From sequence record NC_028881.1: a DNA stretch of 64,000 bases; one strand, given 5' to 3'. Positions 1 through 9,381 of this stretch are shown piece by piece. Source of the stretch: Escherichia phage vb_EcoM-VR5. The position numbers and the translations under genes were made by a program. Each line of letters starts with the position of its first letter. Positions within the stretch are counted from its first letter, which is position 1. The notes beneath the pieces were generated by a model. It had not been told where the DNA came from and ran no database searches. It saw only the letters and a program-made list of their open reading frames with translations.

Positions 1-363
1 AAGGTGGCGTTGAGCTTCGGCAACACCTGCACGGTCAAATTCATCAATAACAATTACTTTACGCTTACCTTCGATAGATTTGGAAGATGCAAAACGAGTA
101 AGTTCATTACGAACGAAATCAATACGGCAGTCAGAACCATTAACAAACAGCATGTCTGAATTTGTATCAGCACACAGTGCTTTAGCTACGGTAGTTTTAC
201 CTGTACCCGGTGAAGCAGAGACTAGGATAATGTTAGGGATTAGGCCCTTATTAACAATAGCTTGGAGAGTTTCTTTATCATGGGCGGGTAGAATACATTC
301 AGATAAAGTACCTGGACGATATTTCTGTTCCCACATGAATTCATTATTATTTACTGTAAGCAT
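1..363 (-). CDS. 44: clamp loader large subunit gp44, N-terminal part (gene continues past window start)
   Basis: Minus-strand translation from ATG at 363 gives MLTVNNNEFMWEQKYRPGTLSECILPAHDKE...SASPGTGKTTVAKAL (Walker A), collinear with T4 gp44; SD GAGGAAA upstream; lies just downstream of gene 45 as in T4. The plus-strand track ORF 80..442 is its antisense shadow. Confidence 0.85.
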   Translation of the reverse strand, partial: MLTVNNNEFMWEQKYRPGTLSECILPAHDKETLQAIVNKGLIPNIILVSASPGTGKTTVAKALCADTNSDMLFVNGSDCRIDFVRNELTRFASSKSIEGKRKVIVIDEFDRAGVAEAQRHL

Positions 364-424
364 ATTAATTTCCTCAGGTTTGTTTTTACATTATACTCCA
401 AGGGAGGAATTTCCTCCCTATGCT

Positions 425-1123
425 TTAGAACGAGTGGCTTGAGCCTGCTTCCATGGCTAATACATAAGAAGCCTGTGCGCCTTCAAATTTAGCGGCGAAT
501 CGAGCATCTTGGCCTTCACCGCGCGCCCATAACAACACATGATAATCAGCTGGCATCATTTTCATATTAGTTTTGTTAATGATGAACTTAAAGTCAGGAC
601 CGTCATGATCGGCTACTACCAAAGAATACAGTGGACGAGTTAATTCTTTATCGTCGACTTGTTTATAACCGTTGATAACAATTTTACCGTCGTCTACGGT
701 GATTGCAAATGTATCAATACTCAATCCGGAAGATACTCGCATCAGTTGCTGATAATCTTCAGCTTTCAGATCGAAAATAACTTCAGCTACAGGGAACGGG
801 ATAGCTTTGCTTGGGAATGCGATTGTGCTTGGGTCGGCAATAGGCCACTTAATTGTTGAACGTTGGTCTTTAATAATTAAGGTGGTTTGGTCTTCACTTA
901 CCGAAACTTCAGCACTTTCTGACACCAAAGACAGAATACTTAAGAAGCCATTCAGGTCATAGATTGCAGCTTCGATATCAAAGGTATCACTTACAGTAGC
1001 TTCACCATAACTTGCACCGGTAACAGATCGAGTCAGAATGGTGTTGCCAGGTTTAAGCATAATGCCAGGGTTAATACCGGAGAAGTTTTTAAGAATGTTA
1101 AGAGTATCTTTAGAGAATTTCAT
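425..1123 (-). CDS. 45: sliding clamp gp45 (DNA polymerase processivity factor)
   Basis: 232 aa; MKFSKDT...IYDLNGFLSILSLV...FIINKTNMKM...AMEAGSSHSF is collinear with T4 gp45 (MKLSKDT...THDF); ATG start at 1123. Confidence 0.9.
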   Translation of the reverse strand: MKFSKDTLNILKNFSGINPGIMLKPGNTILTRSVTGASYGEATVSDTFDIEAAIYDLNGFLSILSLVSESAEVSVSEDQTTLIIKDQRSTIKWPIADPSTIAFPSKAIPFPVAEVIFDLKAEDYQQLMRVSSGLSIDTFAITVDDGKIVINGYKQVDDKELTRPLYSLVVADHDGPDFKFIINKTNMKMMPADYHVLLWARGEGQDARFAAKFEGAQASYVLAMEAGSSHSF

Positions 1124-1146
1124 AATGTTTCCTTTTCAAGTCAAAA

Positions 1147-1575
1147 TTAAGCAATAACGATCATTTGTTTGCGAATGGATTCAGGCAGAGATTCAATATA
1201 CTCTGGAATTTGTGAAGCAACAATACCACCGGCTTCAAGCAGTTGTTCGTCAAAATCTACACAATAATCATCTTCGAGACGTTCAGAACCATCACGGTCG
1301 ATAACCAGTTTAGCACCTGCAGCCAGTGAGTCATTATAATGGCGGCGCATAATTTCTACCCACTTATCGGATACGTCGTTATCAATGATGCCGTAGAGCA
1401 TGAACTTAGTTTCTTGTGGAAGAGACTGCAGACGACGTGCAGAGTCGGTATCAATGTTCAGTACCCATGATTTGCGGATACGGTTTTGGTTATGCGGATT
1501 GGAATCGGTACGGATGGTTTTAACTTGGATATCTTTAACAGTAATAGTGTTAGCAAACATAATATTTTCTCTCAT
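1147..1575 (-). CDS. rpbA: RpbA-like protein (position of T4 rpbA between genes 45 and 45.2/46); start uncertain
   Basis: Track ORF begins with TTG at 1602; first in-frame ATGs at 1575 and 1560. Size (~137-142 aa) and position match T4 rpbA (129 aa). Assignment is by synteny only. Confidence 0.4.
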   Translation of the reverse strand: MRENIMFANTITVKDIQVKTIRTDSNPHNQNRIRKSWVLNIDTDSARRLQSLPQETKFMLYGIIDNDVSDKWVEIMRRHYNDSLAAGAKLVIDRDGSERLEDDYCVDFDEQLLEAGGIVASQIPEYIESLPESIRKQMIVIA

Positions 1576-1622
1576 TTGGTTGGTAGATGTATTATAAATC
1601 AATATTTTAAAGCACTTAACGA

Positions 1623-1814
1623 TTAATCAAAGTATTCATAAACGAACCATGCCGGATTTCTATTTGACATGATTTTATCATATTCTGACTTAAAAGCATT
1701 TCGGAGATAATCTTCAGTAACAAGATGTTCGTCTCCAGAGAAGTTGTTAACTAAAACGTATCTCTTTATTTCTGGGACGGCCAACAAATGCTGGCCTGTT
1801 ATAAAATCACTCAT
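1623..1814 (-). CDS. small conserved protein at the position of T4 gene 45.2
   Basis: 63 aa ORF; ATG at 1814 overlaps the gene 46 stop (ATGA); size matches T4 gp45.2 (62 aa). Confidence 0.45.
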   Translation of the reverse strand: MSDFITGQHLLAVPEIKRYVLVNNFSGDEHLVTEDYLRNAFKSEYDKIMSNRNPAWFVYEYFD

Positions 1815-3493
1815 TCCATCACCGTGAATCGTCCAACTTTCTTCATCTGAAGATGTTGGCCGTAAGCTTGTGGGTCATGGTCTCGGTGAGAGATAATGAA
1901 CACGTTCGTATCTTCAAGGCTATTCAAGATGGTTGCAATGCTCTTAACGCCTTCAGAGTCAGTTGCACTATCAAACACCTCATCAAGAATTAGTGTAGAT
2001 ATATTAACACCGGATACCTTAGAAGCAATATCACGCCATGTAAAAAGAAGTGCGATATCAATACGTGCTTTCTCACCCTGTGAAAATGAAGCGTAACTAA
2101 AGTCTTCACGTCCACGTGATTTAATCGTCTCATTGAACTCTTCGTCAAGTGTAAAGACGTAGTCGGCTTCCATAATCTTCAAATAAGAATTTATCTGCTT
2201 ATTAAAGATTGGAATGTATTTCTTAATAATGGAACCTTTAATACCGGTATCCTTCAACATTTCTGTTAGAATTCCACGATGATATTTTTCCATTACTAAG
2301 GATGATTTGGTAGAGACGATTTTATCAAGCTCTGCTTGAAGCGTAGCAATCTCTTCGGTATTACTTACGAACTCAGCTGCCGCTTGGTCAATTAATAGCT
2401 TAACCTTTTTAGCTTTCTCTACAGCAGTAACAGCTTGTTGTTTATGGGTAGCTATCTGGGATTTAATAGCCAACGCTTTATTGCGTTGTTCGGTTACTTG
2501 GTCTTTAATGAGCTTGAGTTCTTGGTATTGCTCATTAATCTTATCTAAAGATTTTTGAAGCTCAAAGTTTTTATCCTTAATTTTAGTAAGGATGTTTCCG
2601 TGCTCTTCTAACCCTTGCATACACGTAGGGCAGTGACCACCTGTTTCATAAAGCTTAACCACCTTTGTAAAGGTAGCCATATCATTTTTGATTGCAAATC
2701 CTTTATTACTCAGGTCACTCATGGAGTCGCTAGGGTCATCATCCACGATGACATTGAGTAATTCATCAGTTAGTTTTTCTATGTTGCTCTTGGCAGTCCT
2801 GGCTTCTTTAACTAGCTCGTCATACATTAACTGTAGCCGTGCTGCATTTTCGCCTGACAATTTACGTTGACGTTCTTCGTTGTCATTATAAATTTTAATT
2901 TGTTGGGTAATAGAATCTTGTTTAACGTCTATTACTTGGATTTGGCTATTGGTCTCGCGAATCAAAGATTTGTTCAACTTATCCATATCCGCTAATACGG
3001 AAACCTCTAAGAGATCTTCGACGAGTTTTCTTCTTGCAGGAGTGGATAGGCCCATAAAAGGGGTATATCCAGCTGTGCCGAGTACGACAATCTGTTTGAA
3101 GCTTGCATAGGACATTCCGATAAGCTGTTCAAATTCTGCTTGGAAGTCTTTACTGCTGGCAGATTCATTAAGACGTTCACCGCCACAAGAGATTTCAAAA
3201 ACATTGGGTTTTTGCCCACGTTTGATATAGTATTCTTTGCCATCGTATTCCATCCACAATTCGACCAAAAGGTCTTTTTTATTACTCGAGTTAATCAACT
3301 GGCCTTTCTTAACGTCACGAAAAGGCTTACCAAACAAAGCAAATGTAACGGCTTCAAGGAATGTTGATTTCCCTGCACCATTTTTACCAGTGACTAAGGT
3401 CTTTTGGACCTTGTCAAGTTCTACAGTAATAGCCTGCTGCCCTACCGACATAATATTTTTATACGTTACTTTCTTTAACTTAAAAGTCTTCAT
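1811..3493 (-). CDS. 46: recombination endonuclease subunit gp46 (SbcC/Rad50-like ATPase)
   Basis: Start trimmed to second ATG (MKTFKLKKVTYKNIMSVGQ...), 560 aa; Walker A GKNGAGKST; CxxC zinc hook CPTCMQ; C-terminal LILDEVF...FIISHRDH; collinear with T4 gp46. Confidence 0.92.
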   Translation of the reverse strand: MKTFKLKKVTYKNIMSVGQQAITVELDKVQKTLVTGKNGAGKSTFLEAVTFALFGKPFRDVKKGQLINSSNKKDLLVELWMEYDGKEYYIKRGQKPNVFEISCGGERLNESASSKDFQAEFEQLIGMSYASFKQIVVLGTAGYTPFMGLSTPARRKLVEDLLEVSVLADMDKLNKSLIRETNSQIQVIDVKQDSITQQIKIYNDNEERQRKLSGENAARLQLMYDELVKEARTAKSNIEKLTDELLNVIVDDDPSDSMSDLSNKGFAIKNDMATFTKVVKLYETGGHCPTCMQGLEEHGNILTKIKDKNFELQKSLDKINEQYQELKLIKDQVTEQRNKALAIKSQIATHKQQAVTAVEKAKKVKLLIDQAAAEFVSNTEEIATLQAELDKIVSTKSSLVMEKYHRGILTEMLKDTGIKGSIIKKYIPIFNKQINSYLKIMEADYVFTLDEEFNETIKSRGREDFSYASFSQGEKARIDIALLFTWRDIASKVSGVNISTLILDEVFDSATDSEGVKSIATILNSLEDTNVFIISHRDHDPQAYGQHLQMKKVGRFTVME

Positions 3494-3743
3494 CGTTATA
3501 AGCATCCTTGATGCATGATTCGGCCATGTGGATTAATGTTTCTGGAGTATCATCTTCCATTACATTAAAACTAAATTCTACAGCCCAATCGGTAGCAACA
3601 TAAACTTTAATAAGCTCGTTGGTATCACGAGTGCTCACAGCTTCAAACCAGAACTTAATAATGTTCGTTTGGTTATCGTCATCGACAACCAGGCAGTCAT
3701 GTTCAAGCTCAAGGCCTGATTTTTTGAATTCATCTAAAGTCAT
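3480..3743 (-). CDS. hypothetical acidic protein (T4 46.1 position)
   Basis: 87 aa ORF between genes 47 and 46; ATG at 3743 overlaps the gene 47 stop. Confidence 0.4.
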   Translation of the reverse strand: MTLDEFKKSGLELEHDCLVVDDDNQTNIIKFWFEAVSTRDTNELIKVYVATDWAVEFSFNVMEDDTPETLIHMAESCIKDAYNDEDF

Positions 3744-4762
3744 CGTGTAACCTCATTATAAAGTTGGGCAGCCATAGTCTTAAGGGCTTTAAGGTCATCT
3801 TCAGTATGGCCATCAGGAAGAGCATCGATATAATCATACATCATATCCAAGAGCGACTTAACTTCGTCTTCCTCTTCAGAATCATCAATATCAACGCTGT
3901 TATCTACCTTAGACACAATACGTAAAGAGTGGACCACCTTTTCAAGTTCAGATTCAAACTTAGTAAGCCCGTCATCGATTTTATCGACTATAACACGAAC
4001 TGCAATATTTGTAAAATCTTTGTAATCGATGGTTGCATTAGGATAATGAATCTTACGATGCCAACAGGTTTCATTGATAACAAAATCCATTTTATGGGTT
4101 TCAGTATCGAAAATCCAGAAACCGCGAGGGTCGTTCTCATCGCCTGCAGTAAGGGTCCATGGAGTACCGATGTACTTAACGTTTGCGGCATCAGAAATAG
4201 TATGGAAGTGGCCAGACCAAACTTGCTTATACTTTTTAAGGAAATCAGGTTCTAAACCGTGAGATTTCATTCCTTTATAGAAATAGAACCCATTTAATTC
4301 CCAGTGACCAATACAGAAATCTGCTGTAGTATTTTTGATATGTTCCATGATATCAGTCGTGTTTTCTTCACACATCCACGGAATCAAATCAATTTCGGTG
4401 CCATCAAAGTTTACTGTTGTAGGTTTCTCGATAACCTTGATATGGTCATATTTACCGAGAACTTCAGAAGCGGCATTCGGCGTTAAGGTATTTTTGTAGT
4501 GCATATCATGATTACCAACAACGGTATACATGGTAATGCCATTAGCTTTAAGCAAATCAGAGATTTCGCGAGCGAATTCCATACACTTATGGGTAATTGC
4601 TTTACGAACGTCAAAGATATCACCGTATTGAATCCATACAGTAATGCCATTTGCTTTAGAATAATCAATAGCGTCTTGGATACCTTGGCGTTGGATATTT
4701 TGTACCCACACATCATCGGCTTTCACTCCAAGGTGCCAGTCACCTGTGTTTAATATTTTCAT
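3740..4762 (-). CDS. 47: recombination endonuclease subunit gp47 (SbcD/Mre11-like phosphoesterase)
   Basis: Track ORF 3740..4960 trimmed to internal ATG (MKILNTGDWHLGVK...), 340 aa; metallophosphoesterase motifs GDWHLG, GNHD, GHWE; T4 gp47 is 339 aa. Confidence 0.92.
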   Translation of the reverse strand: MKILNTGDWHLGVKADDVWVQNIQRQGIQDAIDYSKANGITVWIQYGDIFDVRKAITHKCMEFAREISDLLKANGITMYTVVGNHDMHYKNTLTPNAASEVLGKYDHIKVIEKPTTVNFDGTEIDLIPWMCEENTTDIMEHIKNTTADFCIGHWELNGFYFYKGMKSHGLEPDFLKKYKQVWSGHFHTISDAANVKYIGTPWTLTAGDENDPRGFWIFDTETHKMDFVINETCWHRKIHYPNATIDYKDFTNIAVRVIVDKIDDGLTKFESELEKVVHSLRIVSKVDNSVDIDDSEEEDEVKSLLDMMYDYIDALPDGHTEDDLKALKTMAAQLYNEVTR

Positions 4763-4946
4763 AAGCCAAGCACCGTTATCGCAATGCAAAATAAAATTAT
4801 TGAAATGAACCCGTCTGGAGTGGAAAAGAATCCTATCCAACAAGCTCGTGTGAATGTGTAGAATGCCATGAATAACACGACATATCCTAAAAATAATTCC
4901 ATATGTTCTCCTCAGTTGGTTCATTTTATCATCCCGAATATAAAGC

Positions 4947-4969
4947 AAAAAAGGAAGCACTAGGCTTCC
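4947..4969 (-). terminator. rho-independent terminator-like hairpin upstream of gene 47 (approximate coordinates)
   Basis: RNA sense GGAAGC-CUAG-UGCUUCC followed by UUUUUUGC; closes a 57-codon unlisted minus ORF (about 4960..5133). Confidence 0.5.
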
Positions 4970-5375
4970 TTTCCAATTAATACACCGTACAGAGGTTCAC
5001 GATTAGACGTGAACTTGATGGGTTTATAGGTAATAGTACCTTCATTTTCTGCTTTAATACGAGCGGCTTCAAATTGAAGCATCATCTCATTTTTGTCAGA
5101 TTTAATCTTATCAAAATCCGTCGAACTCGTCATTCATATGACCCCTTAAAAATCTGGATGTTCGTCATTCATTAGCCAGCCGTCCATGTTATCATCGCTG
5201 CCACCACTTCTTAAGTTGATGAGAATCCACCCAAACCTTGGCTACAGGCTCAATCTGAAAAATTCCATCAGATAACCTGCCTACCATTTTGTATTCGGTT
5301 TCAGACTGCTTAATACAGATATTACCGTACGAACGAAGTCTGAAAGCGGCTCCAATAAGAAGCCGTTTAAAGGGT

Positions 5376-5687
5376 TTATTTACTAGCGCCATTGATAATT
5401 TCCCAAATCTGTTTACGTGTAGTTTCCCACATAACTCTAACGATTTCATCGGTAGTCGGTTGTCGGTAAATACCACGCAATTTAATTATAGCATATTTGT
5501 AAGCTTCGAAATTGTTTTCGAGAACAGCACCCTGTGCATGTTTATTAAGACGTGTAATTTCACGAGCATTCTTTTTAAGGATTTTAGCAGCCTGTGAATC
5601 GGCTTCTTTAGCATTGTTCTCTTCTAAACGCTTCTGAGCTTCTTCAATCTGCTTATCAGTCAATTGAGAAATGTCGGTGCTTTGCAT
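5376..5687 (-). CDS. hypothetical protein (charged, helical)
   Basis: 103 aa ORF in the 47-55 interval where T4 carries a-gt/47.1; no recognisable motif. Confidence 0.4.
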   Translation of the reverse strand: MQSTDISQLTDKQIEEAQKRLEENNAKEADSQAAKILKKNAREITRLNKHAQGAVLENNFEAYKYAIIKLRGIYRQPTTDEIVRVMWETTRKQIWEIINGASK

Positions 5688-5688
5688 A

Positions 5689-5916
5689 TTAATCCTTGTA
5701 ATTCAATTTTATATAAAAATCTTCGTCAGTAACGTGATAGTTATAAGTTAATGTTCCTTTTTCAGTTTTAATTTCTACCGAATCGGGGTGTTTTGGGTCT
5801 ATTACAATAGGAAGTTTGGCAATATCCTTAAGATACATTTTAAGAACATAAGGAATTGCCGAATACTCTCCATCTACTTCTTCTAAAAGGCCTACCAGGT
5901 TAATCTTGAGTTCCAT
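5689..5916 (-). CDS. hypothetical protein
   Basis: Track ORF 5689..5952 trimmed to internal ATG ([13 protein letters not shown]...); short overlap with the gene 55 stop. Confidence 0.35.
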   Translation of the reverse strand: MELKINLVGLLEEVDGEYSAIPYVLKMYLKDIAKLPIVIDPKHPDSVEIKTEKGTLTYNYHVTDEDFYIKLNYKD

Positions 5917-6457
5917 ATAAAAAATCCAGCTCACCAACTTTAGATTCAGCACTCTTATCAGACCCTGGCGCTTTAACTAAAGAGGTTTCATACTGAGTCA
6001 TTTTGTCGTAAATATCCTGGATAAAAGTTTCATCTGCGATACCTACCATGTCGTCGTCATTAGCGTCATAAACGTTATGGACGAAGTAGCTATATTTCTT
6101 TGCCATTTCTTTACGTTCTTTCTTGATACGCTGAACAAAGGCATTAAAACAAGCCATAGTGATATATGCATGTGGGTTGTCGTATTTTGTTTCGTCGAAG
6201 TTGTGAAGACCTTTAATAGAAGCTTCGATTCCATCAGCAATCATTTCTTGCTTCCAGGATTGGGTATATCCGGAGAAGTTAAAACGTTTACTTAGGCCTT
6301 CAGCAATGAGCATAATAGCCAAGCCGATAACGTCGTTCTGACGAACTATTTTATTAGGGTCGGTATTTTCTCGGAGCTCTGTTTTCCACTGGGTAATGGC
6401 TTTCAGAAGCTCCTTATTATTTACATAGTTATTTTTAGTCAGTTTAATTTCGGTCAT
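5900..6457 (-). CDS. 55: late-transcription sigma factor gp55
   Basis: 185 aa; ...NYVNNKELL...[57 protein letters not shown]... matches my recollection of T4 gp55 (185 aa) almost residue for residue. Confidence 0.95.
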   Translation of the reverse strand: MTEIKLTKNNYVNNKELLKAITQWKTELRENTDPNKIVRQNDVIGLAIMLIAEGLSKRFNFSGYTQSWKQEMIADGIEASIKGLHNFDETKYDNPHAYITMACFNAFVQRIKKERKEMAKKYSYFVHNVYDANDDDMVGIADETFIQDIYDKMTQYETSLVKAPGSDKSAESKVGELDFLYGTQD

Positions 6458-6523
6458 TGTTACCTCAGATAACTCAAATCATAGGTCTATTATATCATAG
6501 TATTTGGAGACCCGTTTAAAGCA

Positions 6524-6787
6524 TCAACGGAGTAAGCAATAAGCCTGAAATACTGTTTCAAGGATTTGTGTGAACTCAGAATAAGAAATTGTATCAGTGC
6601 ATCCGTGTTCAGACATGTATCCGCAAAATTCTTTAAAAAGACCCGGATATTCACGATGGTTGTATTTGGAGATGTGAGACTTCCATACTAAAGAAGTCTC
6701 GCCACAAACAAACTCTACATCCATACAGTTATCTATTAAGAAAAATCCGAGACCTTCGTAAGCGAGGGTGCTAGATATAGGTTTCAT
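6524..6787 (-). CDS. hypothetical Cys/His-containing protein
   Basis: 87 aa ORF; stop overlaps the start of the next gene downstream. Confidence 0.4.
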   Translation of the reverse strand: MKPISSTLAYEGLGFFLIDNCMDVEFVCGETSLVWKSHISKYNHREYPGLFKEFCGYMSEHGCTDTISYSEFTQILETVFQAYCLLR

Positions 6788-7056
6788 TGTAGGAATCGGG
6801 CTCCTTCTAGTGCATCATCAAGGTTATCAAACTCATCAACGTAATCAATACCACCAACTTCATCCTTTGCATACAGCCAGTACTGTTTAAATTCATATTC
6901 GATAATAAAGTGGTCGCCTTCGATTTGAAGTACGCCAGCATCATTTTCACATACGGTATAACCAACCAGTCGAATGTCGTTCAAGAGTTCGTTTTTCATA
7001 GTAATTGTTTCCAGGTTCTTCTCGTAATTAGAGAGTTTAATTTTAGGTAAAGTCAT
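6784..7056 (-). CDS. hypothetical acidic protein
   Basis: 90 aa ORF, tightly packed (ATGA-type overlaps on both sides). Confidence 0.4.
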   Translation of the reverse strand: MTLPKIKLSNYEKNLETITMKNELLNDIRLVGYTVCENDAGVLQIEGDHFIIEYEFKQYWLYAKDEVGGIDYVDEFDNLDDALEGARFLQ

Positions 7057-7382
7057 TTCGCAGCCTTAACAATTTTCAGGTCAACGAATTTTTTCTTACG
7101 TTGGTTTTTCATACGTCGAATAGTTTTATCTGTGATTTCACCCGGGTGCCAAGCTTTAGATTCAACACCAAAGGCAGCAACATCAAACTCGTCAAGGATA
7201 TATTGAACCAGGATTTCACGAATACCGTTATGACCGATTTTTTGGTCTTTAGAGCGCATGATTGGTAACAGTTCAGCAACCCATTGGTCAAGAATCTGAG
7301 GAGTTACAAAGCCAGTTTTCATCAGTTCGTTAACTTTATCGAAAGCGAAAGAGTTCAGTACGTTTTTGATTGCTTGTGACAT
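7053..7382 (-). CDS. hypothetical protein
   Basis: 109 aa; preceded by promoter cassette and leader ACTGAGGAAATTATTATGTCACA, nearly identical to the leader and first codons (MSQAI) of the unrelated gene at 13962..14807. Confidence 0.45.
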   Translation of the reverse strand: MSQAIKNVLNSFAFDKVNELMKTGFVTPQILDQWVAELLPIMRSKDQKIGHNGIREILVQYILDEFDVAAFGVESKAWHPGEITDKTIRRMKNQRKKKFVDLKIVKAAK

Positions 7383-7419
7383 AATAATTTCCTCAGTTTA
7401 TTAAAATTTATAATCCGTA

Positions 7420-7454
7420 GGACCATTATACTCTGGTCCCAAGAGTTTGTAAAC
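7420..7454 (-). promoter_or_regulatory. early sigma70-type promoter inside a stem-loop (PeSL-like cassette), approximate coordinates
   Basis: RNA sense GTTTACA-N17-TATAAT; -10 box flanked by inverted repeat GGACCA/TGGTCC; SD GAGGAAA and ATG of 7053..7382 follow. Confidence 0.65.
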
Positions 7455-7654
7455 TATTTTTGTGCTAATGCACCTTTCCAGCCTTCATACATCATTCCGG
7501 CTGAAAGTAACAAAGCGCCTGAACAGCTTGAGTGTTTGTGATTCCAAAACCAATTCAGAAAAACTTCGTCATCAATACCTTGAGCTATCATATTTTCAAA
7601 GAACTGACGACGAGCTTCGGCAATACGTTGTGACAGTAAAGATTGTGGATTCAT
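7454..7654 (-). CDS. hypothetical small protein
   Basis: Track ORF 7454..7747 trimmed to internal ATG (MNPQSLLSQRIAEARRQ...) preceded by SD GAGGAAAA; 66 aa. Confidence 0.35.
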   Translation of the reverse strand: MNPQSLLSQRIAEARRQFFENMIAQGIDDEVFLNWFWNHKHSSCSGALLLSAGMMYEGWKGALAQK

Positions 7655-7661
7655 ATTTTCC

Positions 7662-7955
7662 TCAGCTATAACGATAACATTCGTTTGATTTACGTTTTGC
7701 AACTCGATGAGAAGTATTGTAATCAGGTTCATCGTCGTTGTAAACATCTTTTTTCAGCTTTCTCACTTCTTTACGAAGCTGACGATTCATTTCATTCTTA
7801 ACTTCGGAATCAACACCACCCATACGTTTCCACTTATCAGAACGGAAGATATTCTCTTCAACTTGTTCCTGACTTACACCGTCCGGTGCTTTACGACGTC
7901 CTGAATAACAAAAATCTTTTACAGACAATTCTTTACGACGAATAGTTTTACCCAT
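7662..7955 (-). CDS. hypothetical basic protein
   Basis: 97 aa, Lys/Arg-rich (RKLKKDV, RVAKRKS). Confidence 0.4.
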   Translation of the reverse strand: MGKTIRRKELSVKDFCYSGRRKAPDGVSQEQVEENIFRSDKWKRMGGVDSEVKNEMNRQLRKEVRKLKKDVYNDDEPDYNTSHRVAKRKSNECYRYS

Positions 7956-7957
7956 AG

Positions 7958-8212
7958 TTACCTCAGCAGTTTGTATCCAATAAGATTTTTGATATACTGA
8001 ATATCTTTGATATCCAAATCCAACTTAAGGTCTTTCAGACGTTCAGCCAGAGTAAGAAATGTTACTCGCTTCCAATTTTTAACAGGGCAGCAATAAGTCT
8101 TAGGCCCATTTGCAATTTCAATATTTTTATCTGTGATGGTGAGAAAAATCAGGCGCTCATCATCAAGGTTCAGGGTGATGACATTTTTCATTGCATGTAA
8201 TTTCAGGCTCAT
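7958..8212 (-). CDS. hypothetical protein
   Basis: 84 aa ORF co-oriented with neighbours. Confidence 0.4.
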   Translation of the reverse strand: MSLKLHAMKNVITLNLDDERLIFLTITDKNIEIANGPKTYCCPVKNWKRVTFLTLAERLKDLKLDLDIKDIQYIKNLIGYKLLR

Positions 8213-8391
8213 GATTTAATTTCCTTTGCTACTGAACAAAACACAGAGCGGTCACACACCATCAACGGGGCATCAGGCCAATTCAAAGGTTGATACCAGA
8301 CATCCAGACTTGATACTTTAGTTACTTGAACAGGATAGCCGTTTACTGAAAAATACTGGTCAACTTTAATTTCTTTATCTTGAATAGTCAT
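8209..8391 (-). CDS. hypothetical small protein
   Basis: 60 aa ORF immediately downstream of a promoter cassette. Confidence 0.35.
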   Translation of the reverse strand: MTIQDKEIKVDQYFSVNGYPVQVTKVSSLDVWYQPLNWPDAPLMVCDRSVFCSVAKEIKS

Positions 8392-8404
8392 AATGTTCTC
8401 CTCA

Positions 8405-8450
8405 TGTGTTGATAGGATAGACTATAACACACAAGGAGAGGAAGTAAACA
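8405..8450 (-). promoter_or_regulatory. early promoter cassette, divergent PeSL-like copy (approximate)
   Basis: RNA sense GTTTACT-N16-TATAGT followed by CTATCCTATCAACAC; window shows ttgataggatagactataaca, a variant of the conserved 20-mer. Confidence 0.55.
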
Positions 8451-8768
8451 CTAATCTTCAATTAAATCTCGGTCATAACCAAGTTCAATCAAAAGTGTCT
8501 TAAAAGAAGGAATATTTTCTATTTTCTTATTATCAACAAAGATAACAGGATAACGTATAGCTAAGCTCTTGAAGCCGGCACGTTTGGCCAATGATACTAT
8601 AAGAGGCTTGTCATATACTGCACCTGACGGCGTCTGGTTAATCACAGGATAGAAAGTATATTGAATGGAAAGGGAATTTAGGAGCGATAGAACTGCAATG
8701 CACCCTGGACAGCGCATGACTGTCTCAGGGATACCGTAGATTTCGATTTTAGTTGACTTTTGGTCCAC
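8451..8768 (-). CDS. glutaredoxin/NrdH-like redoxin (CPGC active site); start uncertain
   Basis: C-terminal ~100 aa of track ORF 8451..8993 reads KIEIYGIPETVMRCPGC..., a thioredoxin-fold beta1 strand plus CxxC motif. Upstream gene ends at 8749, so start is probably GTG at 8768 (SD GGAG) or ATG at 8813. Confidence 0.45.
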   Translation of the reverse strand: MDQKSTKIEIYGIPETVMRCPGCIAVLSLLNSLSIQYTFYPVINQTPSGAVYDKPLIVSLAKRAGFKSLAIRYPVIFVDNKKIENIPSFKTLLIELGYDRDLIED

Positions 8769-9048
8769 AGGAAATAACTCCTTGGTAGTCCCAAGTTTTG
8801 ATAACTTCTTCATCATCAATGGTTTTATACGGGACATAAACCTGAATAAGGAAACCGGTGTCATCGAAAGAGAAATAAACCGTTGGTTTGATTCCATGAA
8901 TCTCAGATAGAGCATAGATATCTTTAAGGTCTTCTTCTTTATCAGCAAAGAATTCCGGGTTAAGGTCGCAGTCATGGAAGTACCAGTCATCACCGAACTT
9001 GTCCCATTCGGTCCAATTGGTAGCTACATATTCTTCGAAACGTTTCAT
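8749..9048 (-). CDS. hypothetical acidic Trp-rich protein
   Basis: 99 aa ORF (MKRFEEYVATNWTEWDKFGDDWYFHD...). Confidence 0.4.
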   Translation of the reverse strand: MKRFEEYVATNWTEWDKFGDDWYFHDCDLNPEFFADKEEDLKDIYALSEIHGIKPTVYFSFDDTGFLIQVYVPYKTIDDEEVIKTWDYQGVISCGPKVN

Positions 9049-9260
9049 TCTTTCACCTTCAGCATTTTTGCGATAACACTATGAATAGCCTGGATACGTT
9101 TGTTGAACTCAGACTCTTCAAGACCCTTTTCAGTACTCAGCCATCCGATGATAACAAACAGCAATCCGAACGGAATAGCCAGGATTAAAAGGCACACGAT
9201 AAACAAGACCAGTGTAATGTTAGCCAGAATATCAGAAGCAGCATTACGAAAATTATTCAT
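9045..9260 (-). CDS. small membrane protein
   Basis: 71 aa with one strongly hydrophobic segment (ITLVLFIVCLLILAIPFGLLFVIIGWL). Confidence 0.4.
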   Translation of the reverse strand: MNNFRNAASDILANITLVLFIVCLLILAIPFGLLFVIIGWLSTEKGLEESEFNKRIQAIHSVIAKMLKVKE

Positions 9261-9381
9261 AGGATAACCCAGGTATTATTGACAACAAATAACCATAGAG
9301 CTGGATACTCTACACCCATACGACGGATAATATCATTCATAGCTTCAGTTAGAGCATAGAACGTGTAACCATAAAAATTAA

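Noticed and set aside
80-442. Plus-strand ORF of 120 aa at the window start
   Set aside because: It is the antisense shadow of gene 44 (minus strand), which translates into a clear clamp-loader N-terminus.
5192-5476. Minus-strand ORF of 94 aa overlapping 5376..5687 by about 100 nt in another frame
   Set aside because: No convincing start context; the 5376..5687 frame has the more protein-like composition.
8749-8993. N-terminal 75 codons of track ORF 8451..8993
   Set aside because: This part overlaps the well-formed gene 8749..9048 in another frame and has junk-like composition; only the C-terminal glutaredoxin-like part is credible.
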